A stretch of DNA of 64,000 bases from Opitutia bacterium (GTDB lineage: Bacteria > Verrucomicrobiota > Verrucomicrobiia > Opitutales > JABJCN01), in assembly GCA_018668635.1 (NCBI GenBank), contig JABJCN010000157.1, positions 170-64,169 of the forward strand, given 5' to 3'. The notes under the pieces are model-generated. The model worked only from the letters and a program-made list of their open reading frames with translations. It was not told the origin of the DNA and did not search any database. Shown here piece after piece: positions 45,101 to 54,100 of this stretch (positions are counted from its first letter, which is position 1; every line of letters starts with the position of its first letter). The translations under genes were made by a program, and so were the position numbers.

Positions 45101-48100
45101 TCGTCTTCATGAAGGAGCTGACCATCGGCGTCAACGACATCAACGACGCACCGACCGGACTCACCCTTGCCCCCGCCGAGGTCGCCGAGGACCTACCCCG
45201 GGACACCGTCGTCGGCACACTCACCGCCGATGACCCCGATGCCGAGGCCACCCACACCTTCCGCCTCATCGGCGGTGACGACAAAGCCCTCTTCAACATC
45301 TCCGGCAACCAGTTGACCACCAAGGCCGTCCTCGACTACGAGGCCAAGCCCCGGCTCGAGGTCATCATTGAGGCCAAGGACAACGGAAACCTCACCTTTG
45401 AACAGACCCTGGTCATCAACGTCATCAACGTGAATGACCCGCCCACAGATATCATCCTGGACAATGACACCTTTGCCGAGAACCAGGTTGTCGGGACCAC
45501 GGTTGGACTTCTAAGTGCAATGGATGATGGCGGGATCGAGGAAGGCGTCGGTTCCTACCAGATCGTAAATACACCCATGAATTGGGAACAGGCAAACGCC
45601 AACGCGGAAGCCCTGGGCGGTCACCTTGCCATCATCACCAGCGAAGCCGAATGGGAGAAGATCAAGGAACTGCCCGGTCTGAAGCAGGGCCTTTTTATTG
45701 GAGCCACCGATGAGGAGGAGGAGGGGACCTGGAAATGGGTGGATGGACAACCACTCGCCGGCATGAACCGCCAACCCGATACATTTCATGCGTGGCGTAG
45801 CACCGACCCCAATAACTCGGACGATATCGAGCACTATGCTGTTATTTGGTACGATGACAGGGATCAGGTTTATTCCTGGGTCGATTTCCCCAATTCAACC
45901 GGGCACATAGTCGAGTTCCCCGGCATCACTTATCAACTGGTTGCCGGCAACGGCGACACCGACAACGCCCTTTTTATAATACAAGGGGACCAGCTCAACA
46001 CGGCCGCGGCCTTCAACTACGAGGCCCGGGATGAATACACCATCCGGGTCAAGGGCACGGATTCCGGTGGCCTGAGTATCGAGAAGGTATTCACGCTCGA
46101 CCTCACCGATGCACCGGATGTTCCCACGGAGATCCTGCTCAGCAACAACACCGTTGACGAGAACGAGAAGAAGGGGGCCATCGTGGGCAACCTCGGCGCC
46201 ACCGATGAGGATGCGGACGAGAAACACACCTTCAGGTTGCTGGACATCCCGGTTGATCCCGATCCCAACCAACCCGCCCCGGCACCGTCCGACAATTCAT
46301 TCTTTGCCATTTCCGGTACCACGTTGAAGACCAATGCCGTCCTCGATTTTGAGGCCAAGTCCGCCTACACCATCACCATCGAGGTCACAGACAAGGACAA
46401 GAGAACCTACCAGCAGGAGATCGTGGTGGGCGTCAACGACGCCAATGATGCCCCGACCGGGTTGACCATCGACCGGGACGCGGTCGCCGAGGGCCTGCCA
46501 AAGGGGACCGAGGTGGGCACCCTTCTGGCACAGGATCCTGATGCCGGGGACTCCCACACCTTCCGCATCACCGGGGGCAAGGACTACAAGCTCTTTTCCA
46601 TTGTCGACAACAAGCTCCTCACCAAGGAGGTGTTCGACCGGGAGGTGAAGGCTGCCTTCGAAGTAGAGGTCACTGCGACCGACAGCGGCAGGCTGATTGC
46701 CGAGACCCTGTTCAACATCACCGTGATCGACGTCAACGACGCCCCGACCGATGTCACCCTCGACAACGACACCATCGCCGAGAACCAGCCCGCCGACTCC
46801 ATCGTCGGCAACTTCACCCTCGTTGACCAGGACGGCGGTGGCGATCCCACCACCGGCGGATTGAGTGAAACGGGTGGCGTCAACCCCGGTACCGGTGGCA
46901 GTACATCCTTCACCCTTGCCGAGGGAGCAGGGGACACCGACAACGCCTCCTTCACCATCGACGGGGAGCGGTTGAAGATTGTTGCGCCATTGAATTTTGA
47001 GGCCAAGCCCCAGCACACCATACGCGTTAAGGCAACGGATGCCGGCGGGCTCAGCGTGGAGCGCAATTTCCTGGTCAAGGTCACCAACGTGCCGGAGGCC
47101 CCGGTTGCCATTGCCATCAGCAATGACAGCATCGCCGAGAACCTCAAGAAGGGGGCCACCATCGGCAAGCTGAGTGCCACCGATGAGGATGCCGGCGAGA
47201 AGCACACCTTCAAGTTGATCGATTCACCCGCCGGGGTGGGCAACGACAACGCCCTCTTCTCCATCTCCGGGTACAACCTGCGAACCAACGCGGTGCTGGA
47301 CTTCGATGCCACCCCGCAGCTTTCCGTCCTTGTCGAGGTCACCGACCGGGCCAAACTGACCTACACACAGGTGCTGACCATCAACGTCACGGACGCCAAC
47401 GACGCACCGACCGGGCTCACCATCGACCCAGTCACCATCGCCGAGAACCAGGCCAAGGGAACGGAGATCGGCACCCTGACCGCCATCGACCCTGACACGG
47501 GGGACACCCACACCTACTCCGTGGTCGGTGGCAAGGACAAGAAACTCTTTGCCGTCAACGGCGACAAGCTTATCACCAACGCCATCCTCGACTACGAGCT
47601 TAAGTCGGAACTGGACCTCGTCATCCGCGTGACCGACTCCGGCAAGGCCTCGGTTGACATCCCGCTTCCCATCACCGTCACCGACGTCAATGATGGCCCC
47701 ACCGACATCACCCTCGACAACGATACAATCGCGGAGAACCAACCCGCCGACACCGTGGTGGGCAAGCTCGCACTCGAGGACCCGGACGGGGCAGGTGGAG
47801 GTTCCGCCCCCGTCATCATCACCGAGGGGGTGGGGGAGAAGCTATGGGAATTTGAAACAGGGGATTATGTTTACTCCTCGCCCGCGATCGGAATCGATGG
47901 TTTAGTCTACTTCGGATCTTTTGACCGAAAGATCTATGCACTTGTTGGCCAGACAGGTATCAAAAAATGGGAATACGAAACGGGGGGGCAGGTTGAGTCC
48001 TCCATTGCGATCGGCTCGGATGGGACGGTCTATGTCGGGTCTAACGGCGGCTCTGTATATGCTCTAGACGGCCAGACAGGTTCGAAAAAGTGGGAGTTTG

Positions 48101-51100
48101 TAACGGGAGGTCTGGTACGCTCTTCTCCTGCCATTGGGCCTGATGGTACCGTCTACATCGGTTCATTTGACAACAAGGTGTACGCTTTGAACGGTAAAAC
48201 TGGTTCTAAGAAATGGGAGTTTGTCACGGGAGGTTCTGTGAAGTCATCACCTGTGATCGGATCAGATGGGATGGTCTACATCGGGTCTTATGACAAAAGG
48301 ATATATGCTCTGGATGGCGAGACTGGAGAGAAACAATGGGAGTTCATTACGGGAGGGCGGGTGCAGCGGTCGCCGTCCATCGGATCAGATGGAACCGTCT
48401 ACGTAGGTTCATTTGACAACATAATATACGCGCTTAACGGGAAAACCGGTGTCAAGAAGTGGGCTTTTGAGGCTGGGGACATGCTGGAATCCTCTCCCGC
48501 GATCGGCTCGGATGGAATCGTCTATGTAGGGTCTGCTGACAAAAATGTCTATGCTCTGGATGGTCATACTGGGGTTAAGCTATGGGAATTCATGAGCGGA
48601 GGAAAGGTAATCTCCTCTCCCGCGGTCGGCTCGGATGGTACCGTCTATGTCGGGTCTGTTGATAAAAAGGTCTACGCCCTTGATGGCAAGACTGGCGCTA
48701 AACAGTGGGAATTTGTAACTGGAAACAGCATTAAATTGTCTTCCCCCACTATCGGTTCGGATGGCACCGTCTATATCGGGTCGCATGATAATAAGGTCTA
48801 TGCCATCCAAGGATCCTCCGGTCCTGCAAATTCCACCTGGCCAATGTTCGGTCAGAACCCGCAGCATACTAGTCGGATCGACGATAGTAGCTCAGGTTTC
48901 TCCTCCTTCACCCTCACAGCCGGTTCAGGCGACACCGACAATTCCTCATTCACCATCGACGGGGACGACCTGAAGCTGGCCGCACCGCTGAACTACGAGG
49001 CCAAGAGTAAGTACAGCATCCGGGTCAAGGGCACGGACAGCGGGGGACTCTCCATCGAGAAGGAATTCCTGATCGATGCCACCAATGTCCCCGAGGCGCC
49101 AACCGCCGTTGTTCTGGACAACGACACCGTGGAGGAGAACCTCAAGAAGGGGTCCACCGTGGGACGCCTGTCAACCACTGACGAGGACAGCGGCGAGAAG
49201 CACACCTACAAACTGGTCGATGCACCGGAAGGGGAGACCAACCAGAACGCCCGCTTCACCATTTCAGGAACCACACTGCGTACCAACGACGTATTTGACT
49301 TTGATGTCGTGCAGGAGCAGACGGTCCATGTCGAGGTGACCGACCGGGGCAAGCTGACCTTTGTGCAGGCCTTGACCATCCGGATCATCGACGCCAATGA
49401 CCCGCCGACCGGCCTGACCATCGCATCGGACAGCGTGGACGAGAATCAACCCAAGGGCACCGTGATCGGGGCCCTGACCGCGGTGGACCCCGATGCCGTG
49501 GATTCGCACACCTACTCCATTGTCGGTGGCCGGGACAAGAAGCTCTTCGCCGTGGCGGATGGCAACCTGGTATCCACGATGCCCTATGATTTCGAGACCC
49601 AACCCACGCTGGAGGTTGTGGTCCGTGTCTATGACAAGCGGAAGGCCCAGGGGGAATTCCCGCTGAGCATCACGGTGAACGATGTCAATGATGTGCCGAC
49701 CGACATCACCCTCAGCAACGACACCATCGCGGAGAATGAACCCACCGACACCATCATCGGGAAGCTGGTCCTTCTCGATTCAGATGGGGCAGGTGGCCCA
49801 ACGGTCGATCCCGTCAGTGGAAATACCCAGTTTGATTTCACCAACGGCCTCGTGGCCTACTATCCATTCAACGGAGATGCCAAGGATGAAACCGGCAACG
49901 GGCATGATGGCGTCGTCCACGGGGCAAGCCTGGGCCCTGACAGGCAGGGGACAGATACAAGTTCCTATTACTTTGATGGGGTGGATGACTACATCGATGT
50001 TGGGAGCCATCAACTGGACGGTGCTTTTACGATTGCCTCGTGGGTTTATCACGACGGGGTGAACACCCTACCATGGTTTGAGGCTGTTTATGCTACGGCC
50101 AATGTAGATATCGGTCTCTTCGCCCACCTACTTGAAGGGTCCATGTTCTCCAGACTCCATGTGGGAGGCAATAACGATGCCTATATCGACACAGATAAAA
50201 TGACAGTTCCCACCGGCAACTGGTATCACCTTGTTGGTTCATGGGACGGCCAGAACGCCAGTTTATACATCGATGGTACCGCAAAGGCTACGGCATTGAC
50301 CGGGTCAATGAATGCTCCGGTCCCCTCAAATTCATACTTGGGAAAGAATGGTTGGCGGGAAAACGAGGAGGAACTGGGTGAACACCTTAAAGGCCGTCTG
50401 GACGATGTGCGCGTCTACGGCCGTGCACTTTCAGTCGAGGAAGTTACCGCCCTCTACAATCTCGAAAGTGGGACATCTACTGGCACCACCTCCTTCGCCC
50501 TCACTGCCGGCGATGGCGATACCGACAACTCCTTCTTTACCATCGACGGGGACGACCTGAAGCTCGTTCCCTCAGCAGACTTTGAAACCAAAAACGAGTA
50601 CAGTGTGCGGATCAAGGGGACCGACTCTGGCGGTCTCTCCATCGAGAATATCTTCCAGGTCGGCGTGACCGATGTGAACGAGGCCCCCTTCAATGCAACC
50701 CTGGATATCACCCTTGTAGAGGAGAATGCACCGGCCGGGTTCCGCCTTGGCAAACTGGTGGCCCTGGACCCCGACCGCGGGGACAAGGTGGTGGTGACCC
50801 TTGCTGAGGATACCGACGAGATTGACAACGAGCATTTTCAGTTCAAGGGAACAAGCCTGGTTACGAAGACAGCCTTTGACTATGATACACAGCCGACCCG
50901 CACCCTTCGTGTGATTGCGACCGATTCCGGTGGTCTGAACACGGTGACGGACATCCTGATCAACATTGGCAACAAGAGTGAACCACCCACGGGCATTACC
51001 CTGGACGGCACCTCGGGCGAGGTGGTTTCCGTGGAGGAGAATGCCGCTACGGATACATTGGTCGGCAGCTTTACCACGGAAGACCCGGATGGAGCCGAGG

Positions 51101-54100
51101 CCTTTGTCTACAGCCTTGTCAGTGGGGATGGAGATATAGGGAACAAGAACTTCACCATCGATGCGGAGGGCAACATAAAGGTCAAGGCTTCCGCCAACCT
51201 GGACTTTGAAACATCCCCCGCCACTTCTGTACGGGTCCGCACGACGGATACAGGAGGGAACTCCCTGGAGATATCCTTTGCAATTGCCATAACCAATGTA
51301 AATGAACTTCCCCTGGGGGTCACGCTCGACAACGAATCCGTAATGGAGGGCCTGCCGAATGATACACTCGTCGGCACACTATCCGCGACCGACACGGACA
51401 GCGGGGATTCCCACACCTTCACCCTGGTGGACGGGGCTGGAGGCACCCACAATGACCTGTTCAAGATTGTTGGTGATGAGCTCCAGGTTGCACAGTTGAT
51501 TTCCGGCAAGACAACCCCGGTGGCCAGCATACTGGTCCGGGTGACGGATGCCGGTGGCCTTACATTCAATCAGGCATTATCCATAACCATAACCGATGCC
51601 CCGGATGCGCCAACCGGTATCAACCTGGATGGCAACTCAATCAAGAAGTATGAGCGCACCGGTACATTGATCGGCACACTGACCGCTGTCGATGGTGATG
51701 AGGATGACAGCCACACCTTTGCACTGGTCAGTGGTGCAGCCGGGACCAACAACGAGCTTTTCTTTATCGATGGGGATCAACTGGTCTCCAACCACATGTT
51801 CGATGACACTGCTGCAGCCTCCTACAAGATCAATGTGGAGGTGACGGACAGCGCGGACCTCACTTTTGTAAAGACCTTCACCATCACCATCATTAACGCT
51901 GCCAACCCCGGTGGACACCTGGTCGATGTGACCAAGATTCCCGTGGATGGCGGACTGGTGGCCGGTGCCGGGTACTACACCGATGGTGAAGCCGTGAGCC
52001 TTGTCGTGAAAAACAGCCCGGGCTACACCTTCTCCGGTCACAGCGGTGACGTGGCGGGAGGTTTCTCCGCTGAAAACCCGCTGGAGTTTGATGCGGATGG
52101 GAACAAGGACATCATCACCAGCTTCACTCAGGGGTATCACAAGGTTGTGGTTGGCGTGACTCCGGAGCGTCATGGTTATGCCTGGGGCGGAGGCAGTATC
52201 CAGCATGGTACCGAGATCACTGTCCAGGCCAAGGAACTTGACCCGAAATACGGCTGTGTCTTCACCCACTGGAGTATCAACGGGGTTGACCAACCCGTGG
52301 ATGAATCGAGCCCGCTTGTCCTGAAGGTGACCGTGGATCGCACCCTTCGTGTTCTTGCCCACTTTGACTACGGCCTGCCGGATTCCATGAAACTGGTTCC
52401 CTCTGGCAACTTTTCACAGGGCGATGCCCGCTACCATGGGGAGAAACCGGTCATCACCCCGCTGGTCAGTGCATTCTATATGGATGAGCATGAGACCTCC
52501 AAGAAGGATTTCTATGATGTCTTCAACTGGTCAATCCAGCAGGAGACCCCGTACAGCTTCATGTTTGATCCTACCGTTGTCAACGGGCGCAACCGGGCCC
52601 ACATCGATGGTGGATACAAGGATGATTTCCCCATCACGGCCATTACCTGGCTGGATGCCATTGCATTTGCCAATGCCCTTTCTGAAATGGAGGAGTTGAC
52701 CCCCGTATACTACGAGGATGCTGCAAGGACCACGGTCTTCCGTGGCCGCAAGCGTGACAAGAATGCGGATGCCGGGAATGAGGAGAGCCACCTCGGGCAA
52801 AAAATTTATGAATCCAATGTGGACTGGCGGGCCAAGGGGTATCGCCTTCCCACAGAATCGGAATGGGAGAAGGCGGCTCGCGGCGGTGTTGCAGGACTCA
52901 CCTATGCCAACAGCAACACGCTGGACTCCAAGTTTACCCATTATGACCAGGATACCATAATCCGCAGTCTGCGATCGGTGGGCAGCCTGGAACCCAATGG
53001 CTTTGGCCTTTATGACATGAACGGCAATGCATGGGAGATGTGCTGGGACTGGCACTGGAAGAACTGGTATTTTGAAGCGGATGCATCCGCCAAGGACCCC
53101 AAGGGTCCAGATATGTCTGACAAGACCATCTTCGATAAGGTCAATGCGGAAAACTGGCTGGTCCGTACGGTTCGGGGGGGTAGTGGCAATACCGACAAGT
53201 CCCGGATGCGTATTTCCTACCGCAAGGATTTCAACAAGACATGGTACCAATACGCCATAACCGTACGCCCGCTGGTTCCAGCACCAAGTGATCCGCGTGC
53301 CGAGGTGATCGTGGCGCTTGTCCCTGCACACCTTGGGTCTGTGACAGGTGGCGGTGTCTATGAAATTGGGGCGACTGCAACCCTCATTGCCACACCCGCC
53401 TCAGCCAATGCAAATTTCCTTCGGTGGGAGGATGCTGCCGGGAATAACCTGGGTACCGGCACCACACTTTTACTTAGCCTGAATTCAACCGGTGCAGATG
53501 ACGACCTGGACAAGGAGATCACCGCAATCTTTGAGGATACATCCAATCCCGATGACCAGCTCTATAGCCTCGAGGTTGTTGCTGATCCATTTGGCTCAGG
53601 TACAGTCCTTGGTGGAGGTGCCTACAAGCTCGGCGCAGAAGTCACCCTGACCGCCGTCCCTTCCAATGGTAATGATTTCGCCGGATGGTCCGGGGATGCC
53701 TCCGGCACTGAAACGGAGACCAAGATAACGATGGACGGACACAAGAAGGTCCTGGCGTACTTTGGGGATACATCCGAGGATTCCGATGAGGATGGTCTTT
53801 CTGACCTTTATGAAAAGAGCCTGGGTACCAATCCGGAAGACAAGGACACGGATGATGACGGTTTGACCGATGGCGAGGAGATGAACACCCATTCCTCCAA
53901 TCCGCTTCTGGTTGATTCTGATGGGGATGGTCATGATGACAAGACCGAGGCCTTCCATGGCACTACCCTGAATGATTCATCTGACTTTCCATTCCTCGAG
54001 CAGGACAGGATTGGACTCTGGTATGTATTCAAGGGTAAGGCATACGACATGTCTCCAGCCCGTAATCACGGAAAACTCAAGAGCGTCAGTTTTACCAAGG

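Noticed and set aside
41143-47354. Long antisense ORFs inside the giant gene: 41143..42216 (357 aa), 43528..44949 (473 aa), 46297..47205 (302 aa), 46584..47354 (256 aa)
   Set aside because: They lie opposite a much longer ORF with clear, repeated domain homology. Their translations are low-complexity (G/V/D/P-rich) with no motifs. They repeat only because the sense strand repeats. These are typical shadow ORFs of GC-biased repetitive coding DNA.
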